In this document: one piece after another, positions 10,018 through 19,208 of the stretch
Position numbering within the stretch: position 1 is the stretch's first letter
How the letters are laid out: every line of letters begins with the position of its first letter
Origin: Candidatus Latescibacterota bacterium
GTDB lineage: Bacteria; Latescibacterota; UBA2968; UBA8231
Assembly (NCBI GenBank): GCA_965248265.1
Contig: CBDFJF010000002.1
Span: 2,240,001 to 2,304,000 of the forward strand
Direction: 5' to 3'
DNA length: 64,000 nt
Notes under the pieces: generated by a model
What the model was told of the DNA's origin: nothing
Seen by the model: the letters and a program-made list of their open reading frames with translations, nothing else
Database searches by the model: none
Made by a program: the position numbers and the translations under genes

Positions 10018-10965
10018 TCAGCCGTCTTGGTCCGAGGTGGCGAGTCGGAAACCCACAGTCTCCCGCGTATGCGTCTCCGGCGCGCTGCTGCGATGCGTCG
10101 TGCGTACATTGGGTCGAGTCTCGCCGAAGAACCCCCCGCGGATCACTCGTTCCTGACCGCCCTCCGGTCCTTTCGGGTTAACGGCCGGACTGAACTGGTA
10201 GTAGCTCTCTTCGTAGTAATCCCAACACCACTCGTAGACGTTGCCAGACATGTCCCAGACTCCGAACGGGCTGCGGCCCAAAGGAAACTCGTCGACGGGC
10301 AAGGTCGTGCCCACCATGTTGTTGGAGTTGCAGCGCTCGCCATCAACGAATCGGTTGCCCCAGGGGTACAGACGTTCATCGTCGCCGCGCGCCGCAAATT
10401 CCCATTCGGCTTCGGTGGGCAATCGAGCGCCCATCCAGTCGGCGTACGCTCTGGCATCGTGGTAAGAGACGTTGACGACAGGATGCCGCGCCAACCCGGC
10501 GGGATAGGTTCCCCTCTGCCAGTGGATCGGTGTGACTTGACCGGTGCAATTGACGAACTCGCGGTAGTCTTGGTTCGTCACCGGATAGGTGTCGATGTAG
10601 AAGGAGGATAGTTGGACCAGGTGAGAGGGGCGCTCATTGTCCGGTGAGTCTTCCTCGCGGCCCCCCATCGAGAACGAACCTCCTTCGATGTGGATCATCC
10701 TCCTCTTGTTGGCTTCGGGCAGCAACTCTACCCGGGCCTGCTCGAGCTCCTCCATCTGCAGATCAACATCATCCTGACGACTCATTATCTGAACAACATC
10801 CTCTTTGATCTTGCCCAAACGCACTTCCATTTCCCGCCGCCGAGTCTCCTGGTGGTCGATCGCCTCCATAAGCTTCTTCGACGGTTTGTTAAAATCTAGC
10901 AGGAGCATGACAAAGTACAGACTGACAGCACAGGTCAATATCCACCACATCCAGCTGTCAGCCAT
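10018..10965 (-). CDS. Membrane-anchored FGE-sulfatase (SUMF1/EgtB/PvdO-type) domain protein
   Basis: N-terminal TM plus coiled coil, then FSMGG, YPVTN, HPVVNVS, RLPTEAEWEFAARG, DMSGNVYEW, RGG, GFR. Confidence 0.88.
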   Translation of the reverse strand: MADSWMWWILTCAVSLYFVMLLLDFNKPSKKLMEAIDHQETRRREMEVRLGKIKEDVVQIMSRQDDVDLQMEELEQARVELLPEANKRRMIHIEGGSFSMGGREEDSPDNERPSHLVQLSSFYIDTYPVTNQDYREFVNCTGQVTPIHWQRGTYPAGLARHPVVNVSYHDARAYADWMGARLPTEAEWEFAARGDDERLYPWGNRFVDGERCNSNNMVGTTLPVDEFPLGRSPFGVWDMSGNVYEWCWDYYEESYYQFSPAVNPKGPEGGQERVIRGGFFGETRPNVRTTHRSSAPETHTRETVGFRLATSDQDG

Positions 10966-11039
10966 AACTGATTTCTCCTGTAGGGATCTCGTCCACTAAC
11001 GCCAGGTATTTTCAGAATACCGTAAGCGCTTGTTTTCAT

Positions 11040-11100
11040 TGGTGCCCGAAGTCCGGACTCGAACAGGCACGGGCTGTTATGCCCAACGGATTTTAAGTCC
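11040..11100 (-). tRNA. 3' half of tRNA-Leu(TAA), degenerate (probable att remnant, not a functional tRNA)
   Basis: Minus strand GGACTTAAAATCC (anticodon arm, TAA), long variable arm GGGC-ATAACA-GCCC, GTTCGAGTCC T-loop, TTCGGGCACCA end; no recognisable D-arm upstream. Confidence 0.75.
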
Positions 11101-11323
11101 AAAATCGACCCTTGTAGGCCGCTGGGCAAGATCCAACTGAGCCACTTCTGACTCGATCCGTCCGCTGTCCCAATCCTCCACAGTAGCAATGCGCGGGCCG
11201 CCGGTCACGTGAATGTGACCGACGGAGCGCACGATGTGGGCGGCGGCCTCGTGGTTGTGGGTCCCCGCCCTCATCGGATCCAGGTAGAACGCGCTCGAAG
11301 GCCTCCTCGAGCCGTGGCCTTCG

Positions 11324-12502
11324 CTAGGCGCGCTGCGGCCGCACCGCGAGGGCAAGACTCGAAGACCACACCAGCGGCGCCACAGTCGTGGCGGCCATGG
11401 CCCAGCGCAGTCCGACGAAATCCGCCGTCATGCCGAAGGCGACCGGTCCGGTGAGGGCGCCGAGCAGACCCACGCTGTTGAGGGTGGCGAACATGGCACT
11501 GCCGGCCGTCGGGAAGCGGTCCCCGGCATGGCCGTTGACCGACGGATAGATGCCCGATACGGCGAAGCCGAGCACGGAAAGCCAGGCCACCACGGCGAGT
11601 GGGTGATCGTGCCAGGCGGCCAACGGGGCGCTGATCAGGCAGGCCAGGCCGGCGGCGAGGACGACGGTCCGCAATCCGAAACGGCGCACCGCACGTGGCA
11701 TCGTCAATCGGCCCACGGCCATCACCAGTGCGTAGACCAGCAGGCCGACGGCGCCGAATGAGCGGCTGCTGCCGATGCCGATCTCGAGATAATAAGGCAG
11801 CCATTGGGCGGCAGTCACTTCGGTGATGGTCGTGAAGAACAGACCCAGGATCAGAAGTTTGAAGCTCGCGTGACGGGCTATCTCCCAGAACGAGATGCGC
11901 TCGCCCGACCGTTCCGCTCGCGCCGCCCGCCGTCCGGGCATGCATTTGAGCAGGGCCACAGGCGCATACAGCAACATCAAAACGGCGAACAGTCCGAAGA
12001 GGCTGCGCCAACCGACGTCGAGTTGGTAGGCCACCAGCACGAGCAACAGGATGACGCACACGCCGATATACCAGCTGGCGTGGTGGATGCTGGCGACGCG
12101 GACGCGATTCTCGGCATACAGGTCGCACACGAGAGCCGTCATCGGCGCCGACACCATGCCGCGCCCCAGTCCCGTGATCGTGCCTCCCGCCAGCGCGTGC
12201 AGTGGCTCGCTCGCCGCCGCGACGAGGACGAGACCGGCGGCCTGCAGCAGCGAGCTGACCAGCATCTGCAATCGGTACCCGAGCCGATCGACCAGCCACC
12301 CGGAGCCGAGGCTGGTGAGTGCCGAGCTGCACACGGGCGAGCTCAGGAACAGTCCCTTGTACAGCTCGGTGTCCATTCCGAGTTCGGCGGCGATGACGCT
12401 GAGGCACGAGGCGGCCCCCAGCATCATCATGCTGCCGGCGGCCATCGTGTAACAGGCGACGGCCAGGATGATCCCGCGCGAATCCGGCGCGCATGGTGTC
12501 AT
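11324..12502 (-). CDS. MFS transporter
   Basis: About 12 hydrophobic segments, GWLVDRLGYR motif A; start MTPCAP after GGAGAG. Confidence 0.9.
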   Translation of the reverse strand: MTPCAPDSRGIILAVACYTMAAGSMMMLGAASCLSVIAAELGMDTELYKGLFLSSPVCSSALTSLGSGWLVDRLGYRLQMLVSSLLQAAGLVLVAAASEPLHALAGGTITGLGRGMVSAPMTALVCDLYAENRVRVASIHHASWYIGVCVILLLVLVAYQLDVGWRSLFGLFAVLMLLYAPVALLKCMPGRRAARAERSGERISFWEIARHASFKLLILGLFFTTITEVTAAQWLPYYLEIGIGSSRSFGAVGLLVYALVMAVGRLTMPRAVRRFGLRTVVLAAGLACLISAPLAAWHDHPLAVVAWLSVLGFAVSGIYPSVNGHAGDRFPTAGSAMFATLNSVGLLGALTGPVAFGMTADFVGLRWAMAATTVAPLVWSSSLALAVRPQRA

Positions 12503-12563
12503 TCTCTCCGATCCCCTTGATTTGCCCGACGGAAACGTTGTCTGATCACCAGCCCGGCAGCTG

Positions 12564-13322
12564 TCAGAGCTTCCCCTCCGCTTCCCGCTGGGCCGCAAGC
12601 TGCCTGCGGTAGGCATCCCGCCGCTGTGTGTCTATGATGGCGCGCTTTGCGTGATAGACAAAACCGAGTGCAGTTCGGGGCCGATCGCTGGGATTGGCAT
12701 CGGCGCGGTGGATGATCAAACTGTGGTGGACGATGAGATCCCCGGGCTCGACGATCATCGACACCTCGGCGGCAAAATCTTCATCGCCGAAATCCGTGAT
12801 ACCCTGAGAGAACCCGATGACCCCGCTCCGTCTGTGAGGTCTCAAACCGCGCCGGTGAGAGCCTGGGATATAGCGGATGCAGCCATTCTCTTCGTCTGCG
12901 GCGTCGATCGCCAGCCACATCGTCAGCGCCTCGTTCGGCTCCAGCATGAAATAGAACCCGTCCTGGTGAGGCGGGGTCGCCTGGCCGATCCGCGGTGGTT
13001 TGCTCATCCACTGCATCGCCGACTCTCGGGCTCCGTCCAGGAGGTGATGGGCAAGTCCGAAGAACTGTTCGTCGTTGTAGAGCTCGTTGAAGTAGTCGTC
13101 GTGCTCCGCCATCGCGCTCAGGCGCATGATGGTCTCGGTATCGTCCTTGACTTCGTAGAACGCCTCGTCATTCGGCAGCCCTGGCAATACGTCGGTCACG
13201 TAACGCTCGACATTTTCGCGCACCTGTGCGGTTTCCTCCGCACTCAAGTAGTTGCGCAGGATGATGTACCCATCCCGGTCGAAGTCCCGTTTGATCTTTT
13301 CTGCGTTCTGTTTCCAGTCCAT
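12564..13322 (-). CDS. PhyH family dioxygenase
   Basis: PPHQDG, NGCIRYIPGSH, IIHRADAN, PRTAL. Confidence 0.92.
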   Translation of the reverse strand: MDWKQNAEKIKRDFDRDGYIILRNYLSAEETAQVRENVERYVTDVLPGLPNDEAFYEVKDDTETIMRLSAMAEHDDYFNELYNDEQFFGLAHHLLDGARESAMQWMSKPPRIGQATPPHQDGFYFMLEPNEALTMWLAIDAADEENGCIRYIPGSHRRGLRPHRRSGVIGFSQGITDFGDEDFAAEVSMIVEPGDLIVHHSLIIHRADANPSDRPRTALGFVYHAKRAIIDTQRRDAYRRQLAAQREAEGKL

Positions 13323-13558
13323 AGCGATTCGCCTCTGCGATATTCTTGACCACATTATTTGCCTGAAGGTTGCCGAGTTGCTGCGTTTACGCAAACGCCG
13401 CGAGAAGAGGTCTCACTTGGTACTGTGCCGAGACTGCGTCACTCTTGCTGGCGGAGCACAGTGGCTATAATACTCAGACGCGAGCGACGTACCGTGTCTG
13501 CCAAGCCGCCAGACGCGGGTCGTCGCAGTGGTTTTTACCAAAACAGCCGAGGTGTCCC

Positions 13559-14119
13559 ATGCTGAATGAATATCAGGAATTCAACTATCACACCATCAGA
13601 AGCTTCACCACGTATGCCTGCAAGGTGGACGACGACACCGTGGAGAAGGAGATCAGTTTTCACGTCATGCTAGGGCCCCACACCGAGCGCAAGCAGGACA
13701 CGTTTCCGGTTTACCGCATACCGGAAGGCAAGATGGTGTGGCTGAGCGACTGGTCGTTCAATGCGGGGAATGTCAAATGTCCCGAGCTCTCCGTCGGCGG
13801 CAGCCTCGGCCGAATTTGCGGTGAAGGTCGGTACATCTACGTCCTCAACTGTGCCCTGGAAGCCGGCGAAATGGAGATCTTCTCGCCAGCGCGATCGATC
13901 CGCTACCTGGCCGACGAATGGTTGGCAGTATGCTTTCACCACATGGGGGTTCCCATGGATCTGGGTGTTCGCGCGACTTTCCGGTTCACGGAAGTCGCGG
14001 GCCCCGACAAACCCTTCGAGACCGAAACCTTCAACTGGCAAGCCAGGACTGAAAGTGAGCGCTTCCCTCCGGCACACATGGCGAAGACAGCATGTTATCA
14101 CCAGCGGGCTTCTATCTAA
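13559..14119 (+). CDS. Hypothetical protein (~186 aa)
   Basis: RBS GAGGT before ATG 13559; coding-like codon use; TATAAT at 13466; no family recognised. Confidence 0.6.
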   Translation: MLNEYQEFNYHTIRSFTTYACKVDDDTVEKEISFHVMLGPHTERKQDTFPVYRIPEGKMVWLSDWSFNAGNVKCPELSVGGSLGRICGEGRYIYVLNCALEAGEMEIFSPARSIRYLADEWLAVCFHHMGVPMDLGVRATFRFTEVAGPDKPFETETFNWQARTESERFPPAHMAKTACYHQRASI

Positions 14120-14448
14120 GACAGCTCGAGGGGAGTCAGGGCTTCGATCTCGGCGGCCTTGTCACTCTGCAGGCCAAGCCAAAAATCAGCGGGCATACCA
14201 AGTAGCCGTGCCAGTCTGAGCGCTGTATCGGGCGTTACCGAGCGGCGAGCCTTGATGATCTCATTGAGACGAGGAAAGGATACGCCAAGACGAGCGGCGA
14301 AGGCCGTCTGCGTGATGCCGAGAGGCTCAATGAACTCCGCCCGCAGCATCTCTCCCGGATGGGTCGGCGCGCGTTCGCTAGGCAGGCGGCGCGAGACAGG
14401 CGCGTTTGCCCGCTTAGTGGTAGTCGATGATCTGGACTTCGTACGCAT
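14116..14448 (-). CDS. higA: HigA-type addiction antitoxin (HTH), C-terminal segment apparently shortened
   Basis: [13 protein letters not shown]...LNEII...[15 protein letters not shown]...FWLGLQ; the usual DWDLW segment is missing; start ATG after GGGAGG inside the toxin tail. Confidence 0.8.
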   Translation of the reverse strand: MRTKSRSSTTTKRANAPVSRRLPSERAPTHPGEMLRAEFIEPLGITQTAFAARLGVSFPRLNEIIKARRSVTPDTALRLARLLGMPADFWLGLQSDKAAEIEALTPLELS

Positions 14449-14665
14449 GGCCATCCTCCCACGGAAACAGATACGATATTGTTGGTTGATCCGAATGCTG
14501 TATTGACCCCGACGATCTCCACGCAGCGACTCAAGTCGGTTCCTGGGAGGAATCGATAGATGTCGAAGATCCCGAATCCGATTGATCTGATCGAGTTTAC
14601 GTCGCGCAGTTGTCCATAGCGTGGATGGACAGACGGCACGTGCTGCCCGTGAGTTTCGAGAATGC
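14414..14665 (-). pseudogene. higB: HigB (plasmid-maintenance killer, RelE-like) toxin, N-terminus lost and frameshifted
   Basis: [37 protein letters not shown]; the native tail [15 protein letters not shown] lies in another frame after a 1-nt loss near 14462. Confidence 0.85.
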
Positions 14666-14681
14666 GTCGTCGACAACGCTT

Positions 14682-14761
14682 CTCGTTGTAGAACTCGAGT
14701 GACTTGTCGAAGTCGCTGCAGACGATGGCGATGTCGCGACCTGGTGAGATTGTTTGATCAT
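14682..14761 (-). pseudogene. VOC/glyoxalase N-terminal shard
   Basis: [18 protein letters not shown] near GAGG RBS plus ATG; truncated by the higB remnant. Confidence 0.55.
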
Positions 14762-14774
14762 CCTGGCGTACCTC

Positions 14775-15698
14775 CTAGCGTTCGTATTCGTGCAGATCGT
14801 GGATCCATTTGAAGCCACGACCTGAAAGCGCGTATGCACCTCCCATGGCGAAGATCTTTTCACCAACTGCGCAGGCCGCCAGCCACGCCTTGGCCACCGG
14901 CATCGGAGTCTCGACAGTCCATGAGTCGCCGGCGATGTCGTAGACCTCGTTCGAATCGCGGTAGAGCGGATCGCGGCCGCCAAACGTGTAGATCTTGCCG
15001 TCGACAGCCGTGATGCCGCACGATTCGCGGCCCGTCGGCATCGGCGCCAGCTCCTCCCACTTGCCAACGCCCGGATCGATTGCGAGCAGCTCGCTGCGAA
15101 ACTGATTGTCCGGGTCCTCGTCACTGAGGCCCCCGGCCGCGTAGATCACGCCATCGACCGTTACGACACCCGGCCCCTGTATCGGCCTCGGCAGCGTCGG
15201 GCCGTCAGTCCACTCGGCCATCTGCGGGTCGTAGATCTCGACGCGGTCGACGATTCTCTGATCGCTGGGGTCCATCGTGTTGCCGCCAATCACCCAGATT
15301 CTGCCGTTGCAGGCGGTGACCGCAACGCCGGCTCGGTGACCCAGCGGCATGGGTTCCAGCACGGACCACTGCTGAGTCGCCGGATCAAGAACCTCCAGCG
15401 AATCGCGCGACAGGAAATGGTAGTCGATGCCCGTGCGCTGGCGCATCTCGGGCGTTTGAACCGTCTTGCCGCCGGCGACATAGATCTTGCCGTCGAGCAC
15501 GTCGGCTCCCAGCCAGCCTCGTGCCGTTGGTATCGGCGGTCCTTGCGACCACGCCCCGTCTACGACATCGTAGATCTCGACGACATCGAGGGTGAGATCG
15601 GCGTGGCCTGAAATGGCGTAGATCGACCCGTCGACGGCGACGGATTGCAGGTCGTGCCGCGGCGACGGCATCGAACGTCTCTCGATCCACTGTCCCAT
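14775..15698 (-). CDS. Kelch-repeat beta-propeller protein
   Basis: Six repeats of the type DGKIYVAGG...EIYDP...W...PMP.R; start MGQWIE after AGGAG. Confidence 0.92.
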   Translation of the reverse strand: MGQWIERRSMPSPRHDLQSVAVDGSIYAISGHADLTLDVVEIYDVVDGAWSQGPPIPTARGWLGADVLDGKIYVAGGKTVQTPEMRQRTGIDYHFLSRDSLEVLDPATQQWSVLEPMPLGHRAGVAVTACNGRIWVIGGNTMDPSDQRIVDRVEIYDPQMAEWTDGPTLPRPIQGPGVVTVDGVIYAAGGLSDEDPDNQFRSELLAIDPGVGKWEELAPMPTGRESCGITAVDGKIYTFGGRDPLYRDSNEVYDIAGDSWTVETPMPVAKAWLAACAVGEKIFAMGGAYALSGRGFKWIHDLHEYER

Positions 15699-15942
15699 TG
15701 GTGCTCCTGCTCTTTCGGTCATCAGATACGGGCTGAGCGCAGTGGCGAAGATAGCCGTAGCGTCTGTCACCAACAAGCGTCTTGAAAGCCTCGAAGGCAG
15801 CGTGTACACTTGCGGCGACCACCATAACAACAGGTTCACAAGTTCGAGCGCGATGGGTTCGTCGGGACTGCAGCCGGTCTGCTTCCGCGACCTCGGACCC
15901 TCATCGTTCCGTAACGTTGTCTGCAGAGCAAGGAGGCAACTG

Positions 15943-16707
15943 ATGTTGACCGACCAGCAAAAGCGCGAATTCCACACTTTGGGCTGCCTGCTGCTGAAGG
16001 GCTTCATTCCGCCCGATGAGATGCAGGGATACATCGACGACTTCGACGATACGATGACGTCGGCCAACGGCGGCGTGCCGTGGGACAAGGCTCCCAAGCG
16101 GCAGCAGGTGGTGCCGTTCTATCGCGAGAACCCGGTGGTCTATCACCGCCTGCTCGACAACCCGGCGCTCTTCGAGCTGGTGGAGGATCTGCTCGGGCCG
16201 GATTTCGTGTTCAGCGTGTCCGAGGGGATCCAGCATTTCGGGGGTACGCGCTGGCACCATGACGCGATCAGTCCCGAGGGCCACATCCATCTCAAGGTCG
16301 TGTTCTTTCTCGATCCGGTGCGCGCCGATACCGGCTGTCTTCAGATCTTGCCGGGGACGCATTTCAAACCGTACCGCGACATGCTGAAAGAGAATGGAGA
16401 ACAGATCCTCGAGCGCGGCGCCGACGTACCCGGCGCACACGCGCTCGAAGCAGACCCGGGCGACGCCGTCGTCTTCATCGTCAAGTGTTACCACGGTGCG
16501 TTTGGCGATGCGCCGCGCCGCGGCATCTACCTGAACTTCATGCAGAAGCCGACGAAGTCAGAGCAGGAGGAGTACATCACCGGACTGTACGCCAACGATG
16601 GCTCGCGGGGCTGGGCCTACTACACACCGGAGCTGTTCGAGGATGCGACGCCGCAACGGATGAAGATGCTCTCCTTTCTGAAGGAGACGTGTTACCAGGC
16701 GCCCTGA
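15943..16707 (+). CDS. PhyH family dioxygenase
   Basis: WHHDA, GCLQILPGTH, YHGA, PRR; RBS AGGAGG. Confidence 0.88.
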   Translation: MLTDQQKREFHTLGCLLLKGFIPPDEMQGYIDDFDDTMTSANGGVPWDKAPKRQQVVPFYRENPVVYHRLLDNPALFELVEDLLGPDFVFSVSEGIQHFGGTRWHHDAISPEGHIHLKVVFFLDPVRADTGCLQILPGTHFKPYRDMLKENGEQILERGADVPGAHALEADPGDAVVFIVKCYHGAFGDAPRRGIYLNFMQKPTKSEQEEYITGLYANDGSRGWAYYTPELFEDATPQRMKMLSFLKETCYQAP

Positions 16708-16764
16708 GTGCAGGCGTATCGCCGAGAGGATTCCATCCGTACCTCTTTACAGAAGGACATACCC

Positions 16765-18975
16765 GTGCGCGCCATCAACCAAAAGAAACTCACCTCCTGC
16801 CTCATCAGCCTGCTGTTACTGGCCTTCTACACCTGCGGGCATGACAGCAAGCGGGACAATCCGCTCGATCCGGCGCTGACGCCAGCGGTCCAGCTCGAAG
16901 TGAGTGTCGAAGACAGCACCGGTGTTGCCGTCCTGACGTGGACGCCGTTCGCGGGGGAGGCCGCCTTCGCCGAATACCGGATCGTCCGCAACATCGCGGA
17001 CCGTACCACCGTCGACACGCTGGCGGTGCTGCCATCGCTTGCACAGACCTCCTACGTTGATTCGTCGCTCGTACCCGAAACCTCGTACTCGTACCGCGTC
17101 CTGTCAGTCAATACAATCGGCCTCGAGGTCGCATCGGAAGCGCACATCGTCCGCCTGGGCACGCCGTCTGGTGTCCAGATCGAGCTTCTGGGGCTCGACT
17201 CGCGCACAGCTTCGGCGTCCCTGTCATGGTCGCAGTACACGGGACGCGATTTTTCCGCCTACCAGCTGCTGCGCACGGCGGGATCCCAGCCGCAGGTCGT
17301 GGCTGAGGTTGCGAGTCGATTGGACACGACGTTCGTCGACACCGGGTTGAACGGGAACATCGAGTACTCGTATCAGGTCGCCGTGCTCACCGACCGGGAT
17401 GAGAGCATCTCCAGCAACACCGTTACGGGCGTTTTCCATCAACTGGTGGACAGCTGGCCCGTCGATGTCGCAGACGGCGGCTACGTGCGACTCTACAGAG
17501 AAGACGGCAACGTGGTCGCTCTGGTATCGGAACGGCAACGCATCCGCCGAATGACTTTCGATTCGAATGGCGCCGTGCTGAAGGAACAGGTGCTGCTGCA
17601 GAATCGCTGGCTGGACGTCACGCCATTCACGGTCGGTCTCTCCACGACAGCCGACGGGACCCGCTACCTGGGTTTCCTCAGGAAAACGCAGTCTGAATCG
17701 GGGGCGGATGAACAGACGGCCATGCTCCTGGCTTTCGACGAACAGGGTGCGCCCTCATACCGGGCAGAGACCACGACAATGCTCGATCTGCAGGATGTAG
17801 CCGAGGAGCTTCCCGACTATGATCCGACGGCGGCGTATCACTTCATCAATCTTAACGAGGGAACGTACGACAACTTGATCATCGACTGGGATGGTGGTGA
17901 ACGGCTGTCGCGTGAGTTCACCTCGGGCAATCTCGATGACTGGACCTCATGGGGGTGTAATCCCGTCACCGCCACTGATGTATATGTCGAAGCGGGAGAG
18001 CTGGTCGTCGAAGTGACTTCGCCCTTTACTTTCATCCGTCTAATGCGGGACGCAGCCGATGTCAGCCACAACCTGGTGCTGGAAACTGATTTCGCAATTG
18101 CTGCACGTGAACTCTTTGCCGTGCTTCTGGTACACCGCTCTAACCCCTGTTTTATTGATGATGATGGTGTGTTTGATCTCACAGGCCAGGCCATATACGT
18201 GCAACTGGCGTTTGGTTTCCAGAGGATGTTTGGCGTCACCTGGGCGGAGGGTTCTGAAACCCAGACAACAGTGGCTCAGCCGCACCGGGTGGTGCCGGGT
18301 CTGCCCTACAGGCTTCGTATGGAAGTGGACGAAGAGAGAGCGCAAGCGACAGTACTGTCCCCGCTGGTCTGGTCTGAGTCGGTGGAGAGTGATCTTCCGC
18401 TCGGCGTTACTGGCCTCGCCGGTTTGGAGGACTATCTGGTGTTCGCGACAACAGGAAGGACGTATGGGACGTACGGCAACTTCGGCACCAGTTTCACCTT
18501 GCCGCTCGAAGCGAGTGCGAGTGAAGTGCGGATCTGGGAAACGGCCGACGGGCAACGGCTTGGGGTGTGTCTGCCCGAGCGACATGAGATTCGGATTGGT
18601 GACACAGAGGTGACTACCAGCATTGGTACGAGACTCGACTGGCCCTTCCACAGCTCGGACGACCAGACAAATCTGGTGCTGGGCAGCTCCTCGCTCGGTC
18701 AGGGCGAGGGCGAGTTCTTCCTTCCCACCTCATTCGACGCCAGTGCCGATGGTCGCATCTACGTGCTCGACGCTGGCAACGCGCGCATCCAGTCGTTCAC
18801 CGACGATGGCGCCTACATCAGCCAATGGGGCCAACGCGGCAGCGGTAACGATGAGTTCGATTTCGGTGCCAGCATCGATGTGGCCGAGTTGGCGGGAAGC
18901 CTCATCGTCGGTGAGGATAGCTTCATCTACGTTGCCGACGTGGCAAACAAGCGGATACAGAAGTTCGCACCCTGA
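16765..18975 (+). CDS. Lipoprotein with two fibronectin type III domains and C-terminal NHL repeats
   Basis: Signal/lipobox LLLLAFYTC; YVDSSL..ETSYSYRV and FVDTGL..NIEYSYQV; GRIYVLDAGNARIQSF, IYVADVANKRIQKF. Confidence 0.82.
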   Translation: MRAINQKKLTSCLISLLLLAFYTCGHDSKRDNPLDPALTPAVQLEVSVEDSTGVAVLTWTPFAGEAAFAEYRIVRNIADRTTVDTLAVLPSLAQTSYVDSSLVPETSYSYRVLSVNTIGLEVASEAHIVRLGTPSGVQIELLGLDSRTASASLSWSQYTGRDFSAYQLLRTAGSQPQVVAEVASRLDTTFVDTGLNGNIEYSYQVAVLTDRDESISSNTVTGVFHQLVDSWPVDVADGGYVRLYREDGNVVALVSERQRIRRMTFDSNGAVLKEQVLLQNRWLDVTPFTVGLSTTADGTRYLGFLRKTQSESGADEQTAMLLAFDEQGAPSYRAETTTMLDLQDVAEELPDYDPTAAYHFINLNEGTYDNLIIDWDGGERLSREFTSGNLDDWTSWGCNPVTATDVYVEAGELVVEVTSPFTFIRLMRDAADVSHNLVLETDFAIAARELFAVLLVHRSNPCFIDDDGVFDLTGQAIYVQLAFGFQRMFGVTWAEGSETQTTVAQPHRVVPGLPYRLRMEVDEERAQATVLSPLVWSESVESDLPLGVTGLAGLEDYLVFATTGRTYGTYGNFGTSFTLPLEASASEVRIWETADGQRLGVCLPERHEIRIGDTEVTTSIGTRLDWPFHSSDDQTNLVLGSSSLGQGEGEFFLPTSFDASADGRIYVLDAGNARIQSFTDDGAYISQWGQRGSGNDEFDFGASIDVAELAGSLIVGEDSFIYVADVANKRIQKFAP

Positions 18976-19208
18976 ATGGCGTTCAGCAAAACCAAAGTAC
19001 AGACTCATCGAGGCGTCTCATCGATTCTGCCCACGCAGGCCTCGACCCATCGGTGGATAGCTCGTCGCACGGCTCGTAAGGATCCGCCAGACAGCCGAAC
19101 GGACGGATGAGGAAAATGGGAGTCCTTTTTCTCGTGCACCTGTTTCGGTTTGCTCTTTTCAGTGACGAACTGTACATTACAATATGTAAATTGATTTGAC
19201 AAACTGTC

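Noticed and set aside
11040-11127. Functional full-length tRNA-Leu
   Set aside because: The 5' side lacks D-loop GG/conserved positions and pairs only partly with the acceptor stem; the T-stem is mismatched
19166-19208. TTACA-ATA-TGTAA dyad upstream of the AAA ATPase as an operator
   Set aside because: Only 5-bp arms in an AT-rich patch, with no regulator adjacent; could be chance
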